From contig CP068257.2 of NCBI GenBank assembly GCA_009914755.4, positions 44,256,001 to 44,320,000 of the forward strand: a stretch of DNA of 64,000 bases, read 5' to 3'. The notes below the pieces were generated by a model. That model did no database searches and was not told the DNA's origin. It was given only the letters and a program-made list of their open reading frames with translations. Positions 26,636 to 41,411 of the stretch are shown here, piece by piece (positions within the stretch are counted from its first letter, which is position 1; each line of letters opens with the position of its first letter). This DNA is from the human T2T-CHM13v2.0 reference genome, Homo sapiens. The position numbers and the translations under genes are program-made.

Positions 26636-27995
26636 ACCCAGCCCACCCACTGCCCAGATACGGACCCGGCCACCCACTGCCCAGATACAGACCTGGCCCA
26701 CCCACTGCCCAGATACGGACCCCCCCCACCCACTGCCCAGATACGGACCCCCCCCCCACCCACTGCCCAGATACGGACCCCCCCCACCCACTGCCCAGAT
26801 ACGGACCCCCCCCCACCCACTGCCCAGATACGGACCCGGCCCACCCACTGCCCAGATACGGACCCCCCCCACCCACTGCCCAGATACGGACCCCCCCCCC
26901 GCCCACTGCCCAGATACGGACCCCCCCCGCCCACTGCCCAGATACGGACCCGGCCCACCCACTGCCCAGATACGGACCTGGCCACCCACTGCCCAGATAC
27001 GGACCCGGCCACCCACTGCCCAGATACAGACCCGGCCCACCCACTGCCCAGATATGGACCCCCCCAACCCACTTCCCAGATACGGACCCCCCCACACACA
27101 CTTCCCAGATACGGACCCCCCCACACACACTTCCCAGATACGGACCCCCCTCACCTGCTTCCCAAATATGGACCTGGCCCACCCACTGCCCAGATATGGA
27201 CCCCCCCCACCACTGCCCAGATACGGACCCCCCCCCACCCACTGCCCAGATACGGACCCCCCCCCGCCCACTGCCCAGATACGGACCCCCCGCCACCCAC
27301 TGCCCAGATATGGACCCCCCCCCGCCCACTGCCCAGATACGGACCCCCCGCCACCCACTGCCCAGATACGGACCCGGCCCACCCACTGCCCAGATACGGA
27401 CCCCCCCCCCACCCACTGCCCAGATACGGACCCGGCCCACCCACTGCCCAGATATGGACCCCCCCCCGCCCACTGCCCAGATACGGACCCCCCCCCCACC
27501 CACTGCCCAGATACGGACCCGGCCCACCCACTGCCCAGATATGGACCCCCCCAACCCACTTCCCAGATACGGACCCCCCCACACACACTTCCCAGATACG
27601 GACCCCCCCACACACACTTCCCAGATACGGACCCCCCTCACCTGCTTCCCAAATATGGACCTGGCCCACCCACTGCCCAGATATGGACCCCCCCCACCAC
27701 TGCCCAGATACGGACCCCCCCCACCACTGCCCAGATATGGACCTGGCCCACCCACTGCCCAGATACGGACCCCCCCCCACCCACTTCCCAGATATGGACC
27801 TGGCCACCCACTGCCCAGATACGGACCCCCCGCCACCCACTGCCCAGATATGGACCCGGCCCACCCACTGCCCAGATACGGACCCCCCCCCCACCCACTG
27901 CCCAGATACGGACCCCCCACCCACTGCCCAAATATGGGCCCTTTCCACCCACTGCTCACCTATGGATCCTGCCCACCCACTACACTCCTATGGGC
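26636..27995. repeat. C-rich minisatellite, ~28-34-bp unit, ~45 copies (cccactgcccagatacggacccggccacc). It carries variable poly-C runs of 6-12 and starts ~190 nt after the exon donor at 26444.
   Basis: Tandem copies are visible. They explain the overlapping 459-573-aa ORFs on both strands, which show PLPRYGP and GPYLGSG pseudo-peptide periodicity. Confidence 0.92.
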
Positions 27996-28349
27996 CGTGC
28001 TGGGGACAGGGAAGAACTAGCTGGTCACATGGTTCTGGGCAAGGGAGGCCCTGGGCACTGGGTGCTGTATCTACTCCCTGTGAGGGGCCTCCAGGGCACC
28101 TGGAGACAGCCCTGAGCCATCGGCCTGTCCCAGTGGGCAGAGTTTGCAGATGTGAACTTCACATCCACACGTTTGTCCCATTTCAAGGAAAGCCTGAATC
28201 CTTGCCCTATGCAGCAGGGCAGCTGCCCCAATCTTCATTTCCTTTCCCATGACCAGAGTCCACCTTTCTCTGTGACCTAAAACTCCACAGAGGAGAGAGG
28301 ATTCCGTGTATTTGAAAAGAGTCGTTTGTCTCCCTGAAAATGCCTCTGA

Positions 28350-29027
<678 letters not shown>

Positions 29028-31653
29028 TGAGGGGTCTTCTGCACTGAGTTGGAGCTGCAGAAACAGTGCTCTTTACGTTGGAGTCAGGCCTTGGGGGGCA
29101 GCTGGGGGTGGGAGGGAGGCAAAGGCAGGAGGCTCCTCTGCGCATGCAGTTCTGCAGAAGGAGGCGTCAAACCACCGTGGAGGAACAGAGGTCAAAACTC
29201 GGGAAAACATACAAAACTCATGCAGAAGTAGAGATGGGTGAACAAAAGCATTAAAACGGAAAAGCAGAGAAGAACCCGCTCAGAGCAGACGCCTCTCTTG
29301 AAGTTTCGGGGGGAGGAAAAAACTCAGAAGTATACTCAAAATTCATGAAGCTATCAACAGTTGCCAGTCTTTCCTGAAGCAAAAATGAAGAAGCCTCGCC
29401 CCAGATGGAAAGTTCTAGCAGCTCTGCAGGGTCAGCCTCCAGCCCCTCCTGCAGCCCAGGCTCACTCCTCTCTCGTACTTGGCTTGGGGTTCAAACCCCA
29501 TGTTTGACTCTTTAAAAAATGTTTGCGTAGTTGTTGTTTCCCTGAAGTTTGATACTTTGTGAAGTGAAAAATATTTTTCAAAATATTCTTGTTCTGAAAT
29601 CTTCCCCACTCCCTGGTTAGGGCGAAAGTGCCATGCTGGTCTGAGCTATCTGTTCAACTCTCCAGTCTCAGGCCCTGGAGGCCCTGCGGGCCGAGGCTCA
29701 GGAGCAGCCAGTGACACGAACAGTTCTAGGAGGGACATCCCTAATGGAGGGCCGAGGTCCAGCTCCTCAACAACACGTGGGTCTCGTCAGCGTCACCCAG
29801 TGCCTCTGCTGCCTGCGTCCCGGTGCAGTGCCAGGTGCAGCTCCACAGATGCAGGTGCACCCGCTGCCCCAAGGCTGCCCATGCCCCCAGAGCCATCATC
29901 CGAACCACCCTATCTCCTTCCTGGGCAGGGAGGTTTGAGCAAGACAGGGAGCTCGTAGCAGACATGGCCGGTGAAGATGGCCAGGCAGCTGCTCTCACTC
30001 CCGCTGGCTGTGCTGCATCCCAAGTCCCAGGGGCCATCATCCCAGGGAGGAAGATTCATCACACCTGGAAACAGCTGGGTCCGCCCTCAGATGAAGAGTG
30101 ACTGGAAAAATAAAGCCAAGGATGCCTTAAAGACCCTCCTGGTTGATTGGAGGACTTCTGGGCTTGGTAGTGGGCATGCCTCACCTCACACCCAGGAGAT
30201 GACGGAGGAAAGGGCTGCCCAGGGTGCCATGAGTCTGGGTGGGGCCTGCTGAGAATACAGACATCGCCACAGATGGTGCCCTGCCCACCCAGGGCCCAGC
30301 ACCCTGTACCCAGTGCAGGGAGGCTCATGCAGTCCCAGGGGAGGCCAGCAGGCCCTGTGCCCAGAGAAGAAGTGGGAATCACAGGTCAGGGTCAGCTGGG
30401 AGCTCCTGTGCCTGGGTGGGGGTCGAGGGCCCATAGCACAGGGGCACTGGCCCGAGGCTGGGCATCTCCAGGAGCCGGGGAGGGCAGCGGCGGCTCCCGT
30501 CTACCTCAGTCAGTTCCTCCCACCCCAGGCCCAGCTCGAGTCAGCCCAGACCCGCCCCACATCCCCTTCCCCACAGTACTTGAGGTCACACCCCAGGGCC
30601 CTGGCGCTGCGGATCCAGCCACCCACTCCCCATCTTGGGGCTTTGAGTGTGAGTGGCGCTCCCTGAGTGCTGGGCTGGCCCTGAGTCAGCCAAGGCCCCA
30701 GAACTCCCAGCAGGACAGGCTGCCCCCTGCCAGGAATGGCTCATGGGCTCCAGCCCCCACCTCTTCCTGCTGGACCAACCCCAGCTGTGGTGCCCCCCAG
30801 GCCCAGGACTTCTGCCTCCTTGACCTGGGCCCTGGGGACAGTTAGACAGGGGACTCACCCAGGAGAAGGAGGGCAGGCTAAAAATGCTGGCGCTGGAGAA
30901 TGTTAATCCTGTGTTTCCGACAGAATACCCAAGGGAAATTAAGGCAAACCTCATCGTAACTATGGGATTTTTTCCTCTGGAGTCTATAAGCACTTTAAAC
31001 ATGCTTTTTCACATAGTGAAGTGGGATGTTTCCAAGTCTCCTGTGGAGATCTCTGCTGACTGTCACCACGGGCCAAGCCAAGCGCTTTGGATATAGGTCC
31101 CGGTGGAGTCCTACAGGGCTCAACTTTCTCCAGAACATTCAAGAGAATTGCTCCAAGGGGCAGCTCCCTGTGAAGCCGTGCAGCCAGGCCTGCAGGGCCC
31201 TGCGCATCCCAGGAGGGGCCCCGGTGGAGGGGCCAGCACCGCAGGGGGCCGTCTGGGTTGGCGGCCAGCCCTTGTCCAGCAGGGTCTTGTGGGCAAGGGA
31301 CCCACCCCAGCTGGCCTCCCACAATGGGACTGACCCTCCGCACTGCCACAGAGCCTCCCAGGGATGTTCGGGGCAGGCGGTACTCTCAGGAGGCCGGTGT
31401 GTGGCAAACTGCAGCCCAGGGCTCAGCAAAAAGGAGCCCTCTGGAGGGACAGGCCATAAGACAGCCACACAGAGGGTGTGGGGGCTGGAGGTCTTCACTC
31501 CCCTCCCCCAGCACTGCTGCGAAACTCGGGGAGGTGTGGGGAGCGTGGAGCTGGTGCAGGGGGCTGAGTGGGGTGGGCCGGGGCACGCCTCCCCATTGCC
31601 AGGCTGCGAAGCTGCTCTAACGCTCTCTCTCCCTCTCCTGTCCCTTTTCCTAG

Positions 31654-31728
31654 TCCCCACCGAAAGGTGCCACCATTCCCTACCGCCCAAAGCCCGCCTC
31701 CACCCCTGTCATTTTTGCAGGTGGTCAG
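31654..31728 (+). CDS. PCBP3: PCBP3 exon SPPKGATIPYRPKPASTPVIFAGGQ (KH2-KH3 linker)
   Basis: Acceptor cccttttcctag| and donor tcag|gtaagagc. Confidence 0.9.
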
Positions 31729-34700
31729 GTAAGAGCCGATCCGCTCGCGGCCTCCACTGCCAACCTCAGCCTTTTACTGCAGCACCCGCCGCTGCCCGTT
31801 AGTGCACTCAGGTTTTCTCGCCTTCTCACGTGCACGTCTCCCACCCGTGCTGGAGGCAGAGCTCTTCCACCTACACCCAGCACCAGGCGGACGCAGGGGG
31901 CCTTCAGAGCGGCATTCCCCCACAGAGACGGCCCCACGGAATCATGTTCTCCCTCCCTGACCCGGGCAGGAAGATCTGGCTCTGCCTAAATCCAGTTCCC
32001 AGAACTGGGTGTTTTTAGGAAGCTTAGATAGCCGGCGCGCAGGCGCTTTCTAGGTGATTTTACGACTCACGTTGGAAACAGCACGATGAGAACCAGGGTC
32101 TTGTTTCCACTGACATCCGTGTTCCCAAACTCCCAGGATGTGCTTGTAGCAGGGACGTGCGAGAGGAGGGAGCTCTGCACTGAGGAAGGATGCATGGCCC
32201 GATGACCGGGCGTCTGTGCCGCTGTGTCCGGACCTCCGTCTGCTGTGAGCAGGGGCCTCACAGGCGCCCCATACCCCATACCCAGTCTGCAGATCTGGCT
32301 CTTTTGGTTTCAGCCCTTGAGCTCTGTGTTCTCCCGCCAGGGATGGCAGCACCTCTGCAGGAGAGTGGAGGAGGGGAGCCCTGCCCCAGCCCCTCACCTG
32401 AGCCCAAACCCTGGCCAGGGCACAGGGAACACCCACCCACTCAGGGCCAGTCTGTGGCCAACAGACTTTGAAGGTGTCCGGCGGGGGTTGGCCTGGAAGA
32501 GCTCTGTGTCCAGTCGGCCGTGATGTGTGTCTTTGTTCAAGGGAGAGTTGAGACAGACGTTCCCACAGGTGACCCTGGCAGGGCAGAACAGGCCTGAGGT
32601 TTGACTTTACCATCAAAAAGGAGAGAAGGGGCAAATGTTAGCACTTTTCCTGGTGCTTTTCCTTACGGTGTAAAGGAATCTTATCAGATCTCCCAGTTGT
32701 GGCCCGTGTTTGAGGGAGAGACAGGGAGTGTGTGTCCATCCCTTCCCTCCCAGGGTCCCGTGTGCTCAGGGCAGGGTATGCCTTTTCCCCACACTGGCCT
32801 CGTCTCCACAGCCTGGCACACACCCCTTCCTGTCTTGCTGTGGTCAGGGAGCCCCCACATGCACATGCCATCCTTACAGCAGCCCCAGGGCATGGCACAC
32901 CCCCATTTTATAGCCAGGAAACTGGGCCTGGCTAGCCAGGGATTTGCCTGGTGTCACAGCCCTGTGGGCAGCAGGACATGTCCTTACCTCGCCGACCTAG
33001 GGGGCTCAGGTCACAGGGTCACACGGAGTCACACGGCGGGAGAAGTCCCTGTGCAAAACTCCATTTCGCTGCTTTCCCCAAATTCATGGTTAGGTAACCG
33101 GTTTAGTAACCTCTGTGGACTCCACCTTGATGTTTAAACAAATCCATGATGATATCATGTGGTAAAAGGTAGGATTTTTTTCAAAAGGAAGGTGTGTTTA
33201 TACAAACACATGTGGGGTCTTAAAGCCACTGGGGGAGGAGTCACAGCTCCAGGGAAGAGGGGGTGCAGCTGAGCCCTGCTCAGCCACCGGCCACACACCT
33301 CTCACTCCTGTAAAGAAGGCAGTAGCACGCCCTCCCTACTGCAGCAGGTGAAGGGCCCTGTGCAGTGGGTGCTGTCCGAAGGTTGATGCTAGAATGTCAG
33401 CCCTTTGAGAGCTGGGCCCTGGGGCCCTGGGGACAGTCTGGTCTGGCCAGTGGTCAGCCTTGGTGGTGGAGGACAGAGTCGCAGGGAGTTACCCACCCTG
33501 AAGTAACCCAGGGGAGCTGCCGAAATGCAAACCCAGAAGTGTGGGCCGGATACCTGCAAGGCCACTGGCGTCTCCTTGACGACTCAGACCCACAGTGCCT
33601 AGATTAGGACACACAACCCAATACAGACCCTAGAGAGCTAACCTGGAGGGCCCATCCACTTTATTTCTGTCCAGTTGGAGAAATCAGGGACCTGGAAGAT
33701 GCCCCACCACTGTGAGTGCTCTGGGGGCACCCAGCAGCAGCTCCTGTCAGCCACCACCGCGTTTCTAGCACGACATGGTCGTGAGTTAAATCAGCAGAGC
33801 CTGCTAAGGGACGAGCAGATAGAAAACATAACAGTAAGAAGATCAGTCAGAAAACTCGCGTGGCCCAGGATGCAGGATGCTTGAGCTCTTGTGGTTCAGC
33901 TCAGACAGTTGGGGCTGACCTGGGACCCCGTGCGCTGAGGGGGCGGCTCCCAGCATGAGTTCCAGGGCCCCTCACCTTCGGTGACACATGGGAACGTGCC
34001 TCTGGCAGCACCTTTACAAAACACTTGCAGGTGGCCCTCAAGACACTTTGTACAGGACAGTGAGGTCCTTGGTTCCTGCTCTATCTGATAAGATTCTTTT
34101 ACTTCCTCAGCTGACGCAGCACTGTGGCCTCACAGCCCTGGGGCTTGTTTCAAAGCTGGGCTGCAGCCGGGTCCCTGTCTGGAGGTTGACTGGCCTTTAA
34201 CTCCGAGGATTGGGTTGTTTATGATGAAAACTCTTGGCAGATTCAAAACCCATGGGAGGGTTTGGGCTGCACAGAGGTGACACACATCCTTCCCTGAAGT
34301 GTCCCTCTCTGGTGCACAGGGTCCCCCCACCCCCACGTGTGGTCACCGCGAACACCGATACCACGGGTCCTCATGGGAAGTGGCGTGGGGCCCGCACAGC
34401 CAGGGGCTGGTAGCCGCTCCCTCCACCCCCAGGCTGCCACCAGGCCTGGTGCAGCCCTGTCCATGTCCCGAGTCCTGACAGCTGTTCGTGGTCTTCACTC
34501 TCCCTTGACTCTGTGTGGTCCATTTGTTGTCTGGCCATGAGTTTCTGAATCACCTGAAAGCGTCTCCACTGACGGGACCTGTGGGGCAGGTGGGGCCTCT
34601 CTCACCTGCCCGGATTTCAGAGTCAGGGTGGGTGGGAAGAGGCTGCAGGTCGGAGTCACTGTTTTGAAGGCGAGGGAAATACTGAAGCCAAAATGAGGCC

Positions 34701-35288
34701 TCAGGAGCCCCACACGATGGCTTGGGAGGGGTGTATTGCTGCCCCCACGTCAGGAGGGCCACCCCCTCCCTGTCTTCAGGGCGGTCATGAGAGGCAGCAA
34801 GCTGTGACTGACGTAGACCCGCTTCCTACGTAGACTGGCTTTTGGTGAATTGGTTTTGGTCACCTTTTAGAGCTTTCTTTTGTTGTTTGGACTTCTTGGG
34901 GTAAATTATTTCCCAAAAGTATTTACTCAGATGACTGATTAAATTTTCAAAACCGTAATAATTAGTGGACCTCTTACTGGGCAGATCACTCTTCGATTCT
35001 TTTGCTTTAAGAAACTTGGAGTCGGAAGCATCAAGGCTGAACTGTTTCCCTCCCACCCGCTGAACTGGCCAGCTCAGCTCTGCCCGCCCAGAGGAAGTGG
35101 GTGCGGCTCCCCTGGGGCTCCTGGTGCCCTGGGAGGGTTGGCCCTTTGTCCTAGGATGGGGACAGGTGGAGAGGCACACGAGGGGGAAGCTTCTACCGGA
35201 GGGTCCTTGTCATGCTGGAGGGTGGCGGCGGGTGCTGAGCCGTGGTGCAGCCAGGTTGCAGTCTGACGGGGTCTCTCTCTCTCTCTAG

Positions 35289-35330
35289 GCCTACACAATC
35301 CAGGGACAGTATGCCATCCCTCACCCGGAT
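35289..35330 (+). CDS. PCBP3: PCBP3 exon AYTIQGQYAIPHPD
   Basis: Acceptor tctctctctctag| and donor ggat|gtgagtct. Confidence 0.9.
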
Positions 35331-35981
35331 GTGAGTCTTCACTTTGTCTTCCTCTCACCTTTCTCTTCTCATGGTTGTTTACCTACCTGCATGCTGCTGT
35401 TAATTGCTACTAACATTAATATTACACAATAATATTAATCAACTTCTCAGCGTTCCTGACCTGTGTCGTATCCATATGACCTCGAATAACCTTTTAACCT
35501 CTTAGCACTAATTCTGCTTGTGTTGAGGACTTGGCCTGATGTCAAATTGTCTCAATTCTGCCGCAGTCCTGGGTTTTCCTCCCTCCCACGGGGCCTGGGA
35601 GGGAACTGAGACGGGCTCTGTCCCCGTGCAGGGCAGTGAGGATGTGCTCACCCGCCACAGGCAGGCGTCAGTGATACTTTCTCTGCGCCTAAGAAGTTGG
35701 GTGACATTATCAAACAGGCCACAAAGATACCTTGGCAAGCACATTTGAGGGCCTGGTGAAATTAACTCCCCCTTTCAGAGTCCACATGAAAACGTAGGGT
35801 CCATCTACACACACAGATCCAGGCTGTGGAAAGCCAGTGGAATAGGCCTTTGTCTTCATTCCAGAATCAGTGGGATGCCAGGCGGGCATAGCGTCCTTGG
35901 CTCCGCCCGGGCCATGCGGAGCTGGGTCCCATGCAGCTCCATGACCGGGGGCTCCGACACCTCTTTTCTGCTCCTGCTGGG

Positions 35982-36605
35982 TCTAGGTGTAATTCCAGTG
36001 CTGGAGGAAGAAGTTACCCTCAGATAAACGGTCGGTGTAATTCCAGTGCTGGGGGAAGAAGTTACCCTCAGATAAACCGTCGGTGTAATTCCAGTGCTGG
36101 GGGAAGAAGTTACCCTCAGATAAACCGTCGGTGTAATTCCAGTGCTGGGGGAAGAAGTTACCCTCAGATAAACCGTCGGTGTAATTCCAGTGCTGGGGGA
36201 AGAAGTTACTCTCAGATAAACCGTCGGTGTAATTCCAGTGCTGGAGGAAGAAGTTACTCTCAGATAAACGGTCGGTGTAATTCCAGTGCTGGGGGAAGAA
36301 GTTACCCTCAGATAAACCATTGGTGTAATTCCAGTGCTGGAGGAAGAAGATACTCTCAGATAAACCGTCGGTGTAATTCCAGTGCTGGAGGAAGAAGTTA
36401 CCCTCAGATAAACCATTGGTGTAATTCCAGTGCTGGGGGAAGAAGTTACCCTCAGATAAACCGTCGGTGTAATTCCAGTGCTGGAGGAAGAAGTTACCCT
36501 CAGATAAACCACTGGTGTAATTCCAGTGCTGGAGGAAGAAGTTACTCTCAGATAAACCGTCGGTGTAATTCCAGTGCTGGAGGAAGAAGATACTCTCAGA
36601 TCATC
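35982..36605. repeat. Minisatellite, 48-bp unit, ~13 copies (gtcggtgtaattccagtgctgggggaagaagttaccctcagataaacc)
   Basis: Tandem copies are visible. The 48 = 3x16 bp unit is stop-free, giving 246/250-aa pseudo-ORFs on both strands. Confidence 0.92.
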
Positions 36606-37464
36606 CATCGGAGGGGAACCCTGGGCGGCTCTGGGCTGTGCGGCTCAGACCCCTTAGGGGCCAAGAGATAAAAGGTGCAAACTGTGAGCAAAGGGCCTCT
36701 CTGGAGGCGGCTTTAGGGCCCCCAGGGAGTGACGGCCGCACTGGCAGGCACTGGGGAGAGGAGAGGGGAGAGCAACAGAGAACGAGAGACGGCCCCACCG
36801 GAAGTGCTTCGTGCTGTCAGCAGATGGGGCAAACCTGGAGTTGGTTCTGAGGAGGTTTCTCTTCTCTAAACCATTTTGAACGTTTGCCCAGCTCAGTAGC
36901 TGCTCCTCGTAACGCAGTTCCAGTCTGTGTGCTGCTCCCTCTGAACTGCGAGAGGCGCCTCTGAGCTGGTTGGGAGGTGGCCGCCAGGTGAGCGGGCTGC
37001 TCCAGAGCCTTCTGCAAACCCTGATGCTTTTGAGTTGGGGGCAAGGACGTCCATCTGAGTGAGATGAGAAGGCAGGTCAGGAGTGTTTTTAAGAGTTAAT
37101 GATCATTAAATAAATCTTTGATATAGAGATGCAATTTACTATCATTGCAGGAAAATTTATATTGAATGGAGAATAGATAACAATAGTTATTCCATTAAAG
37201 GCAACACATGAATCAAATGGTAGAGAAACGCTGATCAAGAAAAGCCTTTCCCCACCTGCCCCAGAGGCCGTTTTTAGTGGTTCCTGGCGTCAGACCTTTG
37301 GTGATGCTGCTGTAGCTACATCAAGGACATCTCATCCTGGGGTCAGCTGTAGACACCAGTGCCTGACCCCACTAGGAAGCCGGGCTGTGGCCACCACACA
37401 CCGGAAGGCACTGTTGGGGCTGCCCCAGCCTGCGCCCAGCAGCAGCGTTGGGCAGAAGCAGAGG

Positions 37465-37495
37465 TGTGTGTGTGTGTGTGTGCGCGCGTGCGCGT
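37465..37495. repeat. (GT)n / GCGC microsatellite
   Basis: The region consists of gtgtgtgtgtgtgtgtgtgcgcgcgtgcgcg. Confidence 0.85.
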
Positions 37496-38312
37496 CCCCG
37501 TGCATGTGTGTGGCAGGGGTGTGGGGGGCAGGTGTGATGTGTCCTAACAGAAAGCCTGTGTGAAGGAAGATGAAGATGGAAGCCAGGGGAGTCAGAGGCG
37601 ACTTTCTGGGGTGGCCCAGTTCCATTAAGGACTCAGGACAGGTGGTCACGCACATCTAGAGATGCACGTGTGCAGAGGCAGGTTCCAAAGGGGGGGGTCA
37701 CTTGACTTTGCAAAGCTCTGGAACCCAAAGGAAAGGCAGTGTGCGGTGCCCTTGGTAAAGGGAAGGTTAGTCGATGGGGTCAGGGTTTGTGTTTACCCCA
37801 GACAGTCGCCCTGAAGTTGGATGCTCAGACCTGCAGGGACCCTCTGGTGACACCTTACGGATTTCCTGTGGCCACAGAGCCTAACGTTCTCACTGTGGCC
37901 TTTGGCTGAGCACCCGTCTGAGCCAGAATGCTTGTGGTCTGAAATTTCCAGAGGCCGTGGCTGTGTGCCACGGTGGGACTGCAGGACCCTGATGTTTGGT
38001 GATTGGCTTTTACTTCGATTGGTGGCTTTGCTCTTTCTCATGTGACTTTCTCAGTATCTCTTAGAAATGGGTAGTTGTGCAGATTGTTTCAAATTAGTTT
38101 AATGTATAACTAACTGTTAAGAGAACTGCCTCAGTGCATGTGGTAATGATTTGAGATACCTGGTGCTATGGTTTAAATATGTCTATTCCTCCACAATTTC
38201 TCTGTTGGAACCTAATCACCAAGGTGACAGTATTAGAGGGTGGGGGGTCCCAGGGCTGGGGAGTGATTGGGTCATGAGCGCTCCACCCTCGTGAACAGCA
38301 TTGGTGCCCCTA

Positions 38313-38362
38313 TAACAGAGGCCTCAGATAACAGAGGCTTCAGATAACAGAAGCTTCAGAGA
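38313..38362. repeat. 17-bp tandem repeat x3 (cagataacagaggcctc)
   Basis: Direct tandem copies. Confidence 0.75.
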
Positions 38363-39141
38363 GTGGCCTCCCCTCCATCCCTCCTGTCATGTGAGGACAA
38401 GAGCGTTCAGGCACCATATTGAAAGCAGAGACTTGGCCCTTCCCATACACCAAACCAGCCAGCACTTTGATCTCCAGTTTCCAGCCCCCATAACTGTGAG
38501 CCACACATTTATGCTGTTTCTGAATTGCCCGGTCTAAGGCATTTTGTCATAGCAGCAGGAGTGGACTAAGGCGCTTGGTTCTTTACTGTGAAGTATCTCT
38601 CTGTGGAAGACATTCTGTTTCTACATCGGTGTCATGAGATTTGCAGAGCAGCTGTTATTAATAGAAGACTGGAAGCTTCCATGGTGCTTTTCTTGCAGAC
38701 GTGTAAAATTGAAGACTTGGACAATCACTTAATCATTAAACACAAAAATAAAATGATTGTTTAGTGACATAGGTAACAATAGTCAGGAAGCAATTTGTAT
38801 CTGAGCTTGGTATTTAGTAGAAATTTTTAAAGCATCGGTATTTTGTAGAAATTTTTAAAGCTTCAATTTCTTACTATATCAATATAATTATAGAATATGT
38901 TGTTTTAATTTATAATGTAATTGAATACAAAGTTTATTTATACCACAGTGCCGGCTTATATACAGATACTAGAGTCATTTTTTAGGAACGTGATATTTGA
39001 CCTGGATGTGTGGGCCCATGAATAAGAAACATCAAGCATAAGAAAATACATTCCTTAGGTTTGAGTATTTCTTTATGTAAAACTAAAATATGCATGTGTT
39101 TTCTGTGCCCAGTTTTAAAAAGTGTTTTTAGCTTGTTCTTA

Positions 39142-39474
<333 letters not shown>

Positions 39475-39914
39475 TCATCGGCACTGATCTGCCTTCGCCT
39501 GCTTTTCTCCAGCTCCTCACACGCCACATGCATCATTTTACCCACGTCCTCCTCGAGGCTTACTGTGCTCTGGATGTGCAGGTGTTTTGAAGAGGCACAG
39601 AGCTGCTCGACAGGGTGAAGGACTTAGGAGGACTGAAGTCAGGCTCTCCAGTATGGCCACTCGGCAGCCCTGGAGACTATCCATGTGCCTCTGTGTGTCC
39701 TGCCTGGGTCAGACCAAGTGCAGTTTCAGAAATGAGAAAGAGAAACAGCACCTGAGACCTGGGACCTGAGAGCAGAGCCGAGAGCGCCCACACCTGGACA
39801 GACTGCTTGACTCTCACCCAGCACGTCTGCACCTTTAATTACAGTGGGGAAGTTACACCAGGAAGGAATTGTTTTTTCTGGAAGAAATGAGTGAACTTCA
39901 AAAATACCCTCATA

Positions 39915-40212
39915 GGCCAGGTACAGTGGCTCTCTCCTGCGATCCCAGCACTTTGAGAGGCCAAGATGGGAGGATTGCTTGAGCCCAGGAGTTGGAGACC
40001 AGCTTGGACAAAAGAGCAAGACCCCATTTCTACAAAAAAATACAGAAATTAACTGGGTGTGGTGGCACACACCTGGAGTCCCAGCTACTCAGGAGGCTAA
40101 GGTGGGGCAGTTACCTGAGCTCCGGCAGTCGAGACTGTAGTGAGCAGAGATTGCACCACTGCACTCCAGCCTGGGCGACAGAGCAAGACCCTGTCTCAAA
40201 AAAAGAAAAAAT
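39915..40212 (+). mobile_element. Alu SINE, plus orientation, flanked by a 14-bp target-site duplication (aaaataccctcata)
   Basis: The element runs ggccaggtacagtggctc...gcactccagcctgggcgacagagcaagaccctgtctcaaaaaaagaaaaaa. The TSD aaaataccctcata lies at 39901-39914 and again at ~40208-40221. Confidence 0.9.
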
Positions 40213-41411
40213 ACCCTCATATATACAAATCTTTATTTCTAGTCTTCCAGGTCTCCTAATCACTCCCTTACTTAACGTCCCCATCATTTAAAGGGGATGT
40301 TGAAAGCAAGCAAAAATAAAAACATGTTAGAGTTGACGAAGAGTTTGCCATGTAGGCGATTTTAGATGAGCCTTTGCACCAACCCTGTGAGGCAGATCTC
40401 AGGACCGTGGGGCCAGTTCCACACACGAGGAAGTGGAAGCTCTGAGAGGTGCCTTGGCCAGAGCTAATGAGCCAGGGAATGGGAGGGCTTGGCACAGCCG
40501 CCCAGGCAGCTGGACGTGAGTGGCAGATGTGCAGCAACGCTGGGAATCAAGCGGACACCAGTGTCTACTAAGAAGCTGGTTCTTCAGTGAAAGAGTCGTG
40601 GGGAAATTGTAGAAATGTGTCGTAAGTGGGAGCCAGGGATGGGAGGCACGACCAGATCCTGTGCTGGATGCGGCCCTTCATCCCAGCTGTGCAATCCCCG
40701 GGACTCTGTCGGTGCCACGCATTTCCCCTGGACACATGAAGGGCACGCGTGGGCTCTTGTGACAATCTCATGCACTTGCAGAGATTTGGGCAGATTGTTG
40801 CAGAGTGCTTTCTCCTCCCACTTGTTCTGTGTCTCCCTCTGGAACCCTGTGGGGAGGTGGGTGAGGGGTCCCCTCACTGTAGTGAGAGAGTAGTCAATGC
40901 CGCATGCTCTGGGCACATGCCGAGGGGCCCAGCCTCTCTCACTCTGAAGCCTGGCACCTTCCAAGACCTTGCAGCTGCAAGTGGTGCAGCGGCTTGCCCA
41001 TGGCCCCACCTGCTGTCAGAGCTGTGCTACTGCAGCCACTCCTTTCATGAAACAAGAGGCCCAGGCAACCCTCACTGCTGGCTGGAGTTCCATCTTTCCT
41101 TGCTTGGAACACCGCACCCTCTGCAGGGCCCCAGTGGCACGGCTCTCACATGCTGTTCCTCCCAGCTTGCCCTTCTCAGAACGAGACTTTGCATCTTTAC
41201 AGGACCCTCGGGCGACTCACTGGCCCGTGGAGGTCTAAGAAACACTAGTCAGGAGGCCTGAGAAGGAAGAACATGCATCCAGTTGGAAGCCCAGGGGAGA
41301 CATGGAATGGAGAGAGAAAATTCCAAGAGACACACAGAGAACCTTCCAAAATTAGAGAAACCATCAACAATTCCCAAACAGGATAAACAAATAATACAAA
41401 TAAACTCGACC

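Noticed and set aside
35856-36671. 250-aa minus and 246-aa plus ORFs
   Set aside because: They sit on the 48-bp (=16-codon) stop-free repeat, and the peptides reiterate VTSSSSTGITPTVYLR and NSSAGGRSYPQINRRC.
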